In this document: piece by piece, positions 47,433 through 59,580 of the stretch
Numbering within the stretch: the stretch's first letter is position 1
How the letters are laid out: each line of letters starts with the position of its first letter
Source: Haliotis rufescens
Taxonomy: Eukaryota
Length of the DNA stretch: 64,000 nucleotides
Reading direction: 5' to 3'
NCBI RefSeq assembly: GCF_023055435.1
Contig: NW_025963924.1
Location: forward strand, 8,680,001-8,744,000
Program-made: the position numbers and the translations under genes
Notes under the pieces: model-generated
The model's input: the letters and a program-made list of their open reading frames with translations, nothing else
Database searches by the model: none
What the model was told of the DNA's origin: nothing

Positions 47433-49581
47433 AACACAGCAGATATAACTCCTTGATTGAATATAGATTTAGCCATATATTTATGGTGTGCCAAGGCAGT
47501 TTATATAGTGTTCAAATACATCACGATCTATACTGTGACACCTTCTTAAATTAAAGAGCTTTTTTTACCACAACCGACAGTGTTGTCGATCCCTGTCTAT
47601 GTATTAACTTGCAGCTTCTAATTCGGTGCATGTGTTTCCTTGTAGATTTGGTCCGCCACTATGCTTTTAGATTTCGATACTGCACCCAACTGTAATACAG
47701 GTTACTTGCAATGAGGAAATACAGCTAACAATACTTTTTTATTATTTTTATGAATTATGTTATGCATATTTGTGATATGATAACTATGAGTATTAATACT
47801 GTTTTAAATAAACTGTGTGCACACAATTATTAAACAGATATTATTCTTGAGATGCTGAGTTTGTTATTTGGCCCTGGCGAAGGATGCAAAACAATCATTG
47901 TAGTCCACACACATTGCAGATGTTTTGTTCATTGTTGTTAGAAAATAAATACAAACAAAATCTGTAATTCTTCATGGCAGCGGCTCACATCCATTCAACA
48001 CAAAAGAACCATTAACTGCAATCTACGCCTTTGTGTACGATCGAGTTATTCTGTAAACATAACAACCTTGAGGGAACCTGGAACTTTTGTACTAAATAGA
48101 AGTATATCTGCCTGTACTTCAATACATACACCCATTTTCACTGAAGGAAAGAACTAAACAATTATATTTTTTGTCATTCTTTTGTAAAATCCGAGGCATA
48201 ACTAATTTGTTTTAATTGAAATGAAGCTCGACACACCCTTGTACCTTGGAGGTGTAGTTAAAGGTCAAAGGTCAAAGAGCAGCACCTGCTTCCGAGTGTG
48301 AAATCGGTTCCTCCGGAACGTTTCGTTAAATCTCCATCATCATCATCATCATCATCAACACCTGCGTTGGGAGATAGCAGTGCCCTTTGTGTGTGTCTTA
48401 GTAAATTACTACTGGTTTCCTTCATTGTCTTTTGGCCCATTATTCATCCAAGCTGCAGTTTCTTTAAGTTTAACTCATTGATTCAATAGACCCATGTTAA
48501 ATGTAAATACATCGGGAAACTGACTTTACATTAACTATCATTTTCTACTGAAAATAGGATTATTTGCATAATCTTTGTGTTATTCATATTTTAACAATCA
48601 ATTCAAAGTTGCAGGTAGACGAGTGAACAGTAAGGGTAATTCAGTTCGTTGTTCTGTGAAATGTTTAACTGCTTAATTGCTTCTCTCAAGAGTATTTTAT
48701 TATATGTAGTACTACCACATTCTTAGTTATACAAGTTCCTCTGTACCGAAATCTGTCGAAACCACGCATTTGTGCTATCAGCTTTTCACTTGACTTTAAA
48801 ACCCGAATACATGTTCATTCCTCTTTTGTACTGTCCGCAGAAAGAGGGTCAAGCAAATGTTTGATTGTTGTTTAACGCCGAACTTAGCAACGTTCCAGTT
48901 ATATGACGGCGGTCTGTAAAAAATCGAGCCTTGACCAGACAATCCAATGATTGATATCAGGAGCATCGATATACGCAGTTTGCAAATGATGACATGCAAC
49001 AACTAAGTCAGCCAGCCTGACCACCCGACCCCGTGAGTCGCCTCTTACGACAAGCATAGTCGACTCTTACGGCACGCATGGGTTGTTGAAGACCTATTCT
49101 TCCCCGGATCTTCACAGATCCCAGCAAATGTACTTCAAAATCCCTGTTACAAAGATGAACTATATTCCTCGATATAATTAAAGAAGGACTATCGTTATAT
49201 TCACATAACGTCTTTGAGACAAGTGGAATTAATACCGTGTGGGTTCTCAAAAACCTCATTCCGAGATTGATAAGATTTATGTGAAATGTGGGGATTGGAT
49301 GTATAGGCATCCCCATGGGCACCAATTGTGCTCCCCTTCCTGATCTGTTTCTTTATGCGTGTGAATCAGAATTTCTGCTCGGATTAGCATACTCTTAAGA
49401 CAATTTCTATAGACACACCTGTGTTTAAATACATCACGATCTAAACAGTCACACCTTCCTATTTTAAAGTGCTTCTTTTTACCACAGCCGACAGTGTGTG
49501 TCTATGTATTAACTTGCATCTTCGACATCTGTTCATAATTTACTTGTAGATTTGTTCCGCCACTATGCTTTTAGTGTTTGA

Positions 49582-49750
49582 GTGAGTGAGTGAGTGAGTA
49601 TGGTTTTACGCCGCTTTTAGCAATATTCCAGCAATATCACGGCGGGGGACACCAGAAATGGGCTTCACACATTGTACCCATGTCGGGATTCGAACCCGGG
49701 TCTTCGGCGTGACGAGCGAACGCTTTAACCACTAGGCTACCCGACCGCCC
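49582..49750 (-). mobile_element. tRNA-derived SINE, family A
   Basis: A and B boxes, (ACTC)n tail; TSD cttttagtgtttga at 49568-49581 and 49751-49764. Confidence 0.88.
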
Positions 49751-49767
49751 CTTTTAGTGTTTGAAAC

Positions 49768-50140
49768 TACAAAAGCCTAATGATGCCACTTTGGTGGCAT
49801 TAAGATATATTTTTTAATCAAACGTTTCAATGATTTTCTCGTTACTTCGATTATTTTCTCGTTTTTTCAGGTTTTTTTCTCGAAATAACGAGTTTTGTCT
49901 CATTACTTCCAATATTTTCTCGTTATTTCAAGTTTATGTCCAAAACTCGAAATTTCGATTTTTTTTCTCGATTATGTTTTTCTTATTAAGATTATTTTCT
50001 CATTATTTCAATTATTAACTCGTTGCTTCGAGTTTTCTCTCGAAATTACGAGTTGTTTTTCGTTGCTTCTATCAATTTCTCGTTATTTCAGGTTCATTTT
50101 TATAACTCGAAATTTCGAGTTTATTCATTAGGCTTTCGTA
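49768..50140. mobile_element. MITE with TA-bounded TIRs and internal AT-rich tandem repeats
   Basis: tacaaaagcctaatga and tcattaggctttcgta (1 mismatch); absent from the paralogous TLR 3' flanks; internal ttttctcgttatt and aactcgaaatttcga repeats. Confidence 0.75.
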
Positions 50141-50720
50141 CGATACTGCACCCAACTGTAACACAGATTACTTGCAATGAGCAAATATAGCTTATTACTC
50201 ATTTTATTTTTTTATGAATAATGTTTTATGCACATTTGTGATATGATCACTATGAATCTTAATAGTGTTCTAAATAAACTCTGTATACAACAACACAAAA
50301 GAACCATGAGCTACAATCTTTAGAATCTAATTAAGAACTGACAATTAGGGATCCTGGGACATTTGTAATAAACAGAAATATTTCTTGTGCTTCAAAACAT
50401 ACACTGATTTTAACTGAAAGTGGGAACCAAACGATTTTATTTTTTCACATTCTTTTGTAAATCCGTGGCATAACTATTTTGTTTTAAATGAAACACATCC
50501 TTGAACCACGGACGCGCAGTTAAAGGTCAAATATCAAATGTTAAATAGGTCAATGCCTGTTTCCGAGTATGAAATCTGTTCCTCCGGAGGGTTTCATAAA
50601 ACATAAGTCATCATCATCATCATCATCATCATCCATACCTGCGCTGGAAAATAGTGTCCTTTGTGTGTGTCTGAGAATATTACTTCAGGTTTCTTTCATT
50701 GTCTTTTGTCAGTTTCAGGA

Positions 50721-50876
50721 GTGAGTGAGTGAGTATGGTTTTTACCCTTATTCCAGCAATATCACGGCGGGGGACACCAGAAATGGGCTTTACACATTGT
50801 ACCCATGTCGGGAATCGAACCCTGATCTTCGGCGTGACGAGCAAACGCTTTTACGTCTAGGCTACCCGACCGCCCT
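50721..50876 (-). mobile_element. tRNA-derived SINE, family A (partial copy also at about 63143-63248)
   Basis: Same consensus as the other family A copies; TSD cagtttcagga on both sides. Confidence 0.82.
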
Positions 50877-52020
50877 GCCAGTTTCAGGAAACTGACCTTA
50901 CATTAACTATCATATTCTACTGATTATAGGATGTAATTGCATACACGTTGCGTTATTTTTTTTATTAACAATCAATTCAAAGTTGCAGGTGCACGAGTAA
51001 ACAGTCGTTTGTGAGGGTAATTCAACTGGTTGTAGTGTGAAATGTTTAACTGCTTAATTGCTTCTCTGAAGATTGTTTTATTACATGCAGTACCACCGCA
51101 TTCTTAGTCATACAAGTTCCTGTGTACCGAAATCTGCCAAAACTACGCATTTGTGCTATCAGCTTTTCACTTGACTTTAAAACCCGAATACATGTTCATT
51201 CCTCTTTCTTACTGGATTCCAAAGTTCCATAAAAATCCGTAGAAAGAGGGTCCAGCAAGTGTACTTCCAAATCCCGGTCACAAAGATGAACCATGATCCT
51301 AAATACATGCAAGGAAGGACTATCTTTATATTCACATAACGTATTTGAGACAAGTGGAATTAATACCGTGTGGATTCTCAAAAACTTCATTCCCAGATTG
51401 ATAACTTTGGAATGTGATAATTTAGGGATTGGATATTGAGGCATCCCAATGGGCACCAATTGTGCTCCTCTTCTTGGTCTGTTTTTTTTTTTATATACAT
51501 ATGAATCGGAATTTCTTCTCGGATTAGCATAATCAAAATTGGGGAATTTGGCCAAAGAGTTTAACTTAAGCTTCAGGTATATTCATGATCTGATTAATAG
51601 AAGCAACAAATCTATGCTGAAAGTACGATTCCAACTGTCCGATGAGCATATGTTTATGAATCACTATCATATAGTGATGATACCACGTGTTTGTGAAAAG
51701 GTGTTCCTTCAGTAATGATCAAATAGCCAATTACCTTCCACTAATTTAGCCACCGGAACTAAACATAAAAGAGACGAGTGAAACCGTCTCCTCTGTTTCC
51801 TATTTAGATTAATGCATCGAGATTCAGAGAGACATAAATATCCATAGGACTGTATGACAAGAGGGATGATTTCAACTTTCCAATAGCCAACTTTCCCTTT
51901 ATGTCGAGCAGTATTCCAGTAGCTCCAACCTTTGGTGTCTACATTTCACATTCTGAGGTGCAATCGAGCATGCACTTTCTACCAAGATTTTAAAGATTGT
52001 CATACGACTCTTGCTCAAAA

Positions 52021-53760
52021 CTCACCAAAGGGTGCTGTGCCACTGGTAATCCTGATGGAGATGAAGCACAGAAGATAAAGCACTACGTTCTGTGTTAATA
52101 GCATTGTATCCACCTCCAAATTCATATAACTGTCACAGGAAATCAAGCATAACACTCTCATCTGGTCAAAATGGATCTATGTTCAGGTCTTGGCAATAAT
52201 GCATGTGCTTAACTTAGTAAGACTTGTATTTTTGCTGAGTACAACCTCTCCAAGGTTCATGATAATGTTAATCGTGTCATGAGAAAAACCCTGTCTTTCC
52301 AAACAACACCTGATAAATGCAACACCATCAGATGCATTTTCTTGTGTAGAGGATGAAGAGCCTCCGCTATGTAGGGCATCTGTAGTGATCTCTGTCCTTT
52401 CAGAATCAGACGAGGTGGCGATATCAACATTCGCAACACTATTGGATACCAGGTATGTGTGGAATACCTCGGCAATACCATCAGACCTTCAGCTGTCTTC
52501 ACGTATTTTTGGATACACTCGCTCCAATGAGCTGAAAGGAGGAAAGGCATAAACGCTTCAGAGCGATCTTAGCACTAAGACTATCATAAGTCTATGTTAA
52601 AGAATGGGACTTCGTCTGCAGGAAATGTGTCAGTTATTGCTTTAAGGGGTTTGTGAAGCATCCATTCTGTTGCATCATTAAAATATTTGTTTACCCGATC
52701 AGCTTCAAAATTGAGAACCCCTGGTAAATGAACCGCTAACATCCATATTTTGTTTTCCTTTGCTAACAAACAAATCTGGTTAGATATCTGACTACAAATT
52801 GAGATTTTTTTCCACCCATGTGGTTAATGTAAGCTACTGTAGTATCATTGTCAATTCAAAGTCTTAAATGTCGACATGGCAACACATTCAGGAAACATTT
52901 GATGCCAAAGAAGACTGCCTGAAGTTTAAGATATGTAATGTTGCTCCGAAACTCAATATCGCTGAGTTACCATCTGCCATCTTTTTTCGGATTGTTCACT
53001 GCACCCTAATCTAGTCCTGAAGCATCAGTGGTGAGTGTTATTGAAGGCAAAGGTCTGGATATTGGAGCACCACAACACTTACTGTTGTCTTCCCACCAAC
53101 CTAGGTGACGTATACCTGCGTTCATCTTCCCGAGGCAAGTGAGTTAACTGAGTATAAAAGTCCAGTTTCCACCCTTGCCGAACTAGGCTGGTATTATGGA
53201 GTTAGATTTTGGCTGGACTAACGAGTCTATGCGTAGTCCAATCAAAATCGCGCACAGAAATCGAAATCCGGTTCGTAGAGTGTCATGCAGATTTCGGTCG
53301 ACTGCAGGATTTGCAAAGCATGTGCACCGCTAACTCGTTGTCAGCAGATATTTTCTAAATCTTTTCATGTTTTCAATGAAGGGGCTCACGTGATTTGATG
53401 CACTTCGCAATGTAAGATTCGTTTTATCACAATATAGATCTTGATTATCGATCAGATCGTCTTGACTGGGCGCCACCGTTTTGTTTGAAACAAATGCAAG
53501 TGATACGAGAGGTTGAATCTGATTGGTCAATAGGAGAGGCATAGAAAGGACATAACTTTTAAAAGCCACTGGTGGCGCTACGATCGAGCCAAGGAATTAC
53601 AGCCTAGTTCGGCAAGGGTGGAAAATGGACTTTCAAAGTCAGTTAACGCCCTTGTCTCGGGAAGATGACCTGCGTTGGGAATAGTCATAGAAACACTAAA
53701 ATCCCCTCTTACTGCTTTCGTCGACATATTTTGCAAGTGTCTGAAACATGGGTCGCTAGT
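52021..53760 (-). mobile_element. Degenerate DIRS-type (tyrosine recombinase) retrotransposon fragment
   Basis: RNase H motifs WW..PSITLTTDASG, DNDTTVAYINHMGG and IWMLAVHLPGVLNFEAD; methyltransferase-like YAFPPF and GLMVLPRYSTHTWYP; recombinase N-terminal GYNAINTERSALS. Stops and frameshifts throughout. Confidence 0.8.
53123..53667. mobile_element. MITE with ~70-bp imperfect TIRs and a 9-bp TSD (Mutator-like), nested in the DIRS fragment
   Basis: TIRs catcttcccgag...ccacccttgccgaactaggctg and cagcctagttcggcaagggtgg...ctcgggaagatg; TSD acctgcgtt at 53114-53122 and 53668-53676. Confidence 0.88.
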
Positions 53761-55575
53761 TTAAAACTAGTGCCGTAAAGCTCGAGATAGCTGCTTTCTG
53801 ACTGACAAATGTCGACTTCTTGTCATGCATTTCATTAGTCGGTCAAAGTTCGAATTTAATGAGATTGCAGTCAATGTGAGCATACGATCGTTCATTCCAG
53901 ATGCAACTGAACTGCACTCTTGGAAGTTGAAAATGTAAAGTTTTATCTGTTAATATCTGCGTGAGCCCTCAGGAATGAGGCCGTTTACTTACAAACAAAC
54001 ACACAGTACCAGCGCTATTCCCTATGTTGTCAATGGTAGGAGAAGAAATTAACAGCATGGTTTGCACGTGCGAAATATGATTTTCATGTTCAGTTGACAT
54101 GAAAGATGTCTTCTATTTTTTCGTTCAGGTACAGGTCGAGCTTTGCGGTGTTTGTAGACCAGTGTTTAGGCGTGGCTTAAAGATAACAAGAAGGCTGATT
54201 GGATATGTAATTGTGACATTTATTAAATTCGGCTTCCAACACAAAATCTTCCTCAGATTAACATTACAATAACATGTCATAACTCTTTTATGCAATGACG
54301 TCACTCCTGTGTGCAATGACGTAAACAGACAATAACGACACATAAGATGTACTGTGTAGCCCCAAGAAACAATACTCTACAACTGAACTTTCAATATTAG
54401 CCATAAGGTTGGAAAAAATTGTAAGATGTAATTGTAACTGCATTAGAGCATTATTCTTGATGATCGGTCAGTTGTAACGATATATAAAAAAACAATACGT
54501 TATGACGTCATCGGTTGTTCATGACGTCATAAAATTAAGTTTCAATGAAGATTGGTAGGTCATGTTCTTCGCACGCACACGCACACACGCACACCACTCC
54601 GACAGAGACACATACATACACGCCAGACATCATACACACCCAAAATAAAATTATTTATTCACTTGGGTATTAACCTCACACCCGTGCTCGTGGGTTCACC
54701 AAAGTGAAAAATGTCTGAGACCCCCATCACTTCGAACTGTCCTCTCACATTAAGCTGACATGCCTTGATATAACTTGAATACTGTTAAAAGCGGCGGTAA
54801 ACCCAACACCCTCACTCACTCACTCTCATTTACTTGGGACAAATACTTCGTAATTCCTCAAAGCTCTTTGGTTATTTGAAAGTAAGGACCGTGTCTTACC
54901 ACCTACTACACTACTGCACAGGTGAATAACAAACTTCGTATATGCCGAAATCGGCAATAACTCATTCGATTCTTAACCAATTGATGGTAGTTACTGCTAC
55001 CACAATAATAGCAAACTTCGTATATACCGAATTGTCGGCAAACATGAAGTCGATTCTCAGTCTATGTGTGGTACTGACATCTATTTCTATTAAAATAACT
55101 TTGTATATAACAAATTGCATTCGACCCGTGAAGATCCGGGTTATAATAGGTCTTCAGCAACCCATGCTTGCTGTAAAAGACGTCTATGCTTTTCATAAGA
55201 GGCGACTAGTGGGATCGGGTGGTCAGCATCGCTGATTTGGTTGATGCATGTCATCGTATCCCAATTGAATGTATTGATGCTGATGATATCAATCACTGGA
55301 TTGTCTGATCCAGATTTGATTAATTACAGATATCCGTCATATAGCTGTAATATTGCTGTGTGCGGCGTTAAACAACATTTTAACAAAAACAAATTGAATT
55401 CAGGAGTTGACAGAATATTGATGGCATATATTCCTGTTTATTTATCACGGGCAATTCTAACATACATCAACTAAAATCTAAACATCCTGCAGGGATGTAA
55501 TTTCATCCTGTGTCTCCCATAACAACAAGCGGTCTCACATAGTTATACTTCAGTAATGACGAGACAGGAAGTACG

Positions 55576-55767
55576 TCACCGCCTGCACACTGTAACAGGA
55601 ACGTGAGAATGGTGCACGATGTAGTCGCTGACACTGCCGAGAAGCGTCCTCCGTATCTTCCCCACCCCACGCGCTCCAGTGACGATCAGGCTGGCGTTTT
55701 CTTCATCGGCAATACGCACGATTACCTCCCCTGGACTGCCGATCACGCTCTTCACCTTGCCTGTCAT
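55576..55767 (-). CDS. Universal stress protein (UspA-domain) gene, last exon
   Basis: PGEVIVRIADEENASLIVTGARGVGKIRRTLLGSVSDYIVHHSHVPVTVCRR* contains the USP G-x2-G-x9-GS motif; phase-0 acceptor tttcag ends at 55768. Confidence 0.92.
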   Translation of the reverse strand: MTGKVKSVIGSPGEVIVRIADEENASLIVTGARGVGKIRRTLLGSVSDYIVHHSHVPVTVCRR

Positions 55768-55782
55768 CTGAAAATAAACAGA

Positions 55783-56055
55783 GTGAGCGAGTTGGGTTTA
55801 ACGCCGCTTTTAACAGTATTCCAGTCATAGCACGGCGTGTCAGCTTAATGTGGGAGGAAAGGCCGAAGTGATGCAGGTCTCAAACGTTTACCACTTCGGT
55901 GAAACCCAAGAGCACGGGTTGGTGCTGACAAACCTAGAAACATAATCGAGGCGAACCGGGATTCGAACCTACGATCATAGGTTTCTGGCTTTCCCAAGGG
56001 ACGCAACTCTGCACAGCGAATCGCGGCGCCTCAGACGACTGGGTCAACGTGCCCC
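55783..56055 (-). mobile_element. tRNA-derived SINE, family C (degenerate copies at about 8574-8740, 30395-30545, 38127-38290, and 54670-54830 +)
   Basis: Aligns along its length with 58567-58847; TSD gaaaa(t/c)aaacaga at 55770-55782 and 56056-56068. Confidence 0.85.
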
Positions 56056-58058
56056 GAAAACAAACAGAACCATAGGTCAAGCATGTGCTAATCAACTGTG
56101 GGATTTCAACCAAACGCTCATAAACAAAAGCAGCGGTGATATACGTTTTACTAATATACTGTGACAAACAAACAAACACACAAACTGACGTCCTTAAAGA
56201 GGCTGTATCTTTATCTCATTTATCTCTGTTTGATATCTCATATAAGAAATACACGAACTCTTGGTCGTTGTTTGTCGTATAATAAAACACTGCAGGGAGA
56301 AAAAACATTCTGGGTTGCTCCCCACATGGTTTATTCTCCCTGCAGCGTTTTATTGTACGATAAACAACTCCCAATCGTCGTTCTTCAGAACAACCCTTTA
56401 CTGTTATGTCTGTATCATATTTTGCTGTCCATCCCACCCCCATTTTATGTAACAGTGCGTAATGTACCCCGCCCCCACCCGTAAAAGGTTACATGTAAGA
56501 GTTTATCATTACACTCCTACCCATAATAAACTAAACAATCCCAAAATAATGTTTGTTTGTTTGTTTGTTTGTTTATTGGTCGCACTCAGCAATATTACAG
56601 CTATATGACGGCGGTCTGTAATATAATCGAGTCTGGACCAGAAATCCAGTGAGTGACATCATGAGCATCGATCCACGCAATTGGGATCGATGACATGTAT
56701 CAACCAGATCCCGTTAGTCGCCTTTTACGACCAGCATATTCGCCTTCGTCGGCAAGTATGGGTTGCTGAAGACCTATTCTACCCCGGAATCTTCACAATG
56801 TACATTTGTGATCATTTTTGGAAACGATTCAACTAAAACTAAAACTAAAAATTTATTTTGAATGAAAATTATTTGGATTTTGGGGTTGAATATAAATATC
56901 ATCTTCCTGATTGAAACCACATGTCTCAACAACTCTCTCTGATACATATTGGCAATCTTGGACCACGGATATTTCAAATTCTTCACATGTCGAGTCCACA
57001 TGTTTTAAAAGTTGACCATAAACTTGAAACATAATTAATAAACATTCTACTCCCGTTATCCTCTAAATTATTATTCTTTGGGGCCCCTTGTCACCGCCGG
57101 CCAATAGAAACTTGAAGACGGAATGGAACTCCCTTGAATCAACGTTTATGCAAATTGTGTGATAGTTATGACATTGGAGACGAATTCCACTGTATTCTTA
57201 GATGTAAATATTTCAATGAACAAAGGGCAATGTACGTATACATTCCAAAACACTATTCCAAAAGACCAAATATGTAACAACAACAGCAATTATTTAACTG
57301 CCATAATATATCTGTCCTAAAGAAGCTATGTAAATGTGTTAACATTTTAATGAAAATTGTAAAAACTCCAGGTAAACGTCTGTCTGACGCCATGCATAAA
57401 ACTGTTTGTACCTCATCAGGTGATGCACTCGAAATAGAGTGCTATTCTATTCTGACATCTCGTTGTCATTTTTCCCCCCACTTCCCCCAACAATACTTTC
57501 AAGAATCTACAGTTTTCAAGAACATGTATGCCAGCAAGATAGATTTTACGTCCGTTTCCTAAGGTTGATGCAAAAACATGGAATTGTTGAAAATGTTTCG
57601 GTAAATCTGATTTTTCTTTCCGCTTATAAGACAGGTAAAACACACTGTTCCCCGGATTTGTCCCTCATAAAACTTTAAACTCTTACGGTTGGTGTTCAAG
57701 GGTGTTCAGTCTTGCATGGAGGACGTGGTCTCGCTCTCGCCCCTGCCATCGAATTTGTTTTAAACCTCTACAATTGTTTCACTTGAAGGTACTACCCCAT
57801 TGTATTTTATTCTTAATGGTATTTCTTACATTTAGACAGCTTACAAGCTGGATAAAACACTCTTCCTCGGGCATGGTTGAGAACGTAGACACTTTGGACT
57901 GGGGAAATCGTTTGGGCTTTCGGCTCGCGAGATTTCCCCTCACTATCGTGATTACAATCTCAATCAAGCCCTTGGAATCGTGTTTTTATCCGGTACATAA
58001 AAGTTAAATTGACCGCTCCTGGAATGCACGTGTATAAACCCCTTCCCTTCCAAAACAC

Positions 58059-58322
58059 GACCCTTGAAGATCCGGGGAGAGACAAGGTCTTGAGCAATCC
58101 ATGCTTGCCGTAAAAGGCGACTATGCTTGTAGCAAGAGGCGAATAACAGGATCGGGTGGTCAGGCTCGCTGACTTGGTTGATGAATGTCATCAATCCCAA
58201 TTGCGTAGATCGATGCTCATGGTGTCAATCACTGGATTGTCTGGTCCAGACTCGACTATTTTACAGACCGCCGTCATATAGCTGGAATATTGCTGAGTGC
58301 GGCGTTAAACAACAACCAAACA
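58059..58322 (+). mobile_element. SINE-like element, family B (other copies: 55122-55377 +, 56550-56797 -, 58891-59108 +, 59757-60024 -, 62697-62966 -)
   Basis: Shared ~270-bp consensus from gacccgtgaagatccggg to gctggaatattgctgagtgcggcgttaaacaac. Confidence 0.85.
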
Positions 58323-58360
58323 TTCCAATACATAAACTGACCGATTCCCGGACAACCACA

Positions 58361-58429
58361 AACACACACGCACACACACACACATACGCACACGCACACG
58401 CACACGCACACGCACACGCACACGCACAC
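58361..58429. repeat. (CA)n/(CACGCA)n microsatellite next to the USP donor site (another CA-rich tract at 37556-37617)
   Basis: Direct reading of the sequence. Confidence 0.9.
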
Positions 58430-58433
58430 TTAC

Positions 58434-58540
58434 CCCGGCGTCAGTGAGCAGGGCGCTGAATCCCTCCAGCAGCTTGTTCTTCTTCTTTTGTTCCTGCTCC
58501 ATCTGTTCCACCACCTGCTTGATGTCCGGACGGGCATGGC
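58434..58540 (-). CDS. USP gene, penultimate exon
   Basis: Acceptor tgttgcag| and donor |gtaagt; 107 nt, phase 1 in and phase 0 out; (G)HARPDIKQVVEQMEQEQKKKNKLLEGFSALLTDAG joins the last exon in frame. Confidence 0.8.
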
Positions 58541-58566
58541 CTGCAACAGCAGCCACAACACTGCAG

Positions 58567-58847
58567 TGAGTGATGTGAGTGAGTTGGGTTTAACGCCGCT
58601 TTTAACAGTATTCCAGTTATATCACGGCGTGTCAGCTAAATGTGGGAGGAAAGCCCGAAGTAATGCCGATCTAAGACGTTTACCACTTCGGTGAAACCCA
58701 TGCACGGGTTTTGTGCTGACAAACCAAGAAACATAATCGGGGCGAACCGGGATTCGAACCCATAATCGTAGGTGTCTGGCGTGCCCAAGGGACGCAACTC
58801 TGCAATGCGAATTGCGGCGCCTTAGACGACTGGGCCACCCGTGCTCT
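58567..58847 (-). mobile_element. tRNA-derived SINE, family C
   Basis: Head ggtggcccagtcgtctaaggcg...ggttcgaatcccgg; (ACTC)n tail; perfect 14-bp TSD ccacaacactgcag at 58553-58566 and 58848-58861. Confidence 0.88.
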
Positions 58848-59117
58848 CCACAACACTGCAGATATTTCACAGCATTAATTGAGAAACACAACCCGTGAAG
58901 TCTGGGTTTAGAATTGGGCAACCCATGCTTGTCATAAGACGCGACTAACGGGTTCGGGTGGTCAGGTTCAGTGACTTGTTTGAATGCACGTTATCATACC
59001 CTGACAGCGTGGGCTTTGCTCATAATATCAACCACTGGTTTGTCTGGCCATCATTTACAGGCAGCCGGGACATAGCTGGAAGATTGCTAAGTGCGGTGTA
59101 AAACAACACACAAGGTG

Positions 59118-59450
59118 TGGTGAAATGGGTTTTTTAACGTCGCGTTGAAGGTTATTGCACTTATGTTGTGACGTGCATGCACGTGTGTGTGTGTAGCTGC
59201 TTGTACTAGTCCGGACTGATGCTGATTTATGGTGCTAGCACACTGAGACACCATGCAACAGTTTAACATGAATACCCCACTCAGATACAGTATACTGACT
59301 CCGAGCCGACCGGTCCTTGTTATTGCCCCTTAATGCCGAGCGCCAGACAGGGCAACAACAAGTACCATCTTTTTGGTATGGCGCGGCCGGGGATAGAACC
59401 CCGGACCTTCCGCTCTCCGGGCGGACGCTCTACCCCTAGGCCACGGAGCC
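59118..59450 (-). mobile_element. tRNA-derived SINE, family D (body reminiscent of molluscan RUDI-type SINEs)
   Basis: Head ggctccgtggcctaggggtagagcg...ggttctatccccgg; tail related to families A-C. Family assignment is from recall and unverified. Confidence 0.7.
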
Positions 59451-59499
59451 TATGCACCCCTCGCCTGGCGACGTCAGTTGACCACATATAGTCTCCTAC

Positions 59500-59580
59500 C
59501 TGAGCTGAGACAGTGTTGATACTCAGGGGAGTGTACAGCGATCACGAAGTCGTCCGCCCTGTGAACGTTCTCTTTATACC
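59500..59580 (-). CDS. USP gene, internal exon (first coding exon not located)
   Basis: Acceptor tgtttcag| and donor |gtagga; 81 nt; (W)YKENVHRADDFVIAVHSPEYQHCLSS resembles metazoan USPs and its phase fits the next exon. Confidence 0.8.

Larger units (their letters stand above)
946..52020 (+). repeat. Tandem segmental duplication array of TLR units
   Basis: Paralogous upstream blocks (catcattttggccactgatgcgtc at about 946, 9273 and 20549; variants near 31080 and 43043) and paralogous 3' flanks after every TLR stop codon. Confidence 0.92.

Noticed and set aside
58553-58566. Idea that the SINE TSD duplicated the USP splice acceptor (ctgcag at 58561-58566)
   Set aside because: Using this AG puts the exon out of frame with the upstream phase-1 exon. 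The AG at 58542-58541 preserves the frame.
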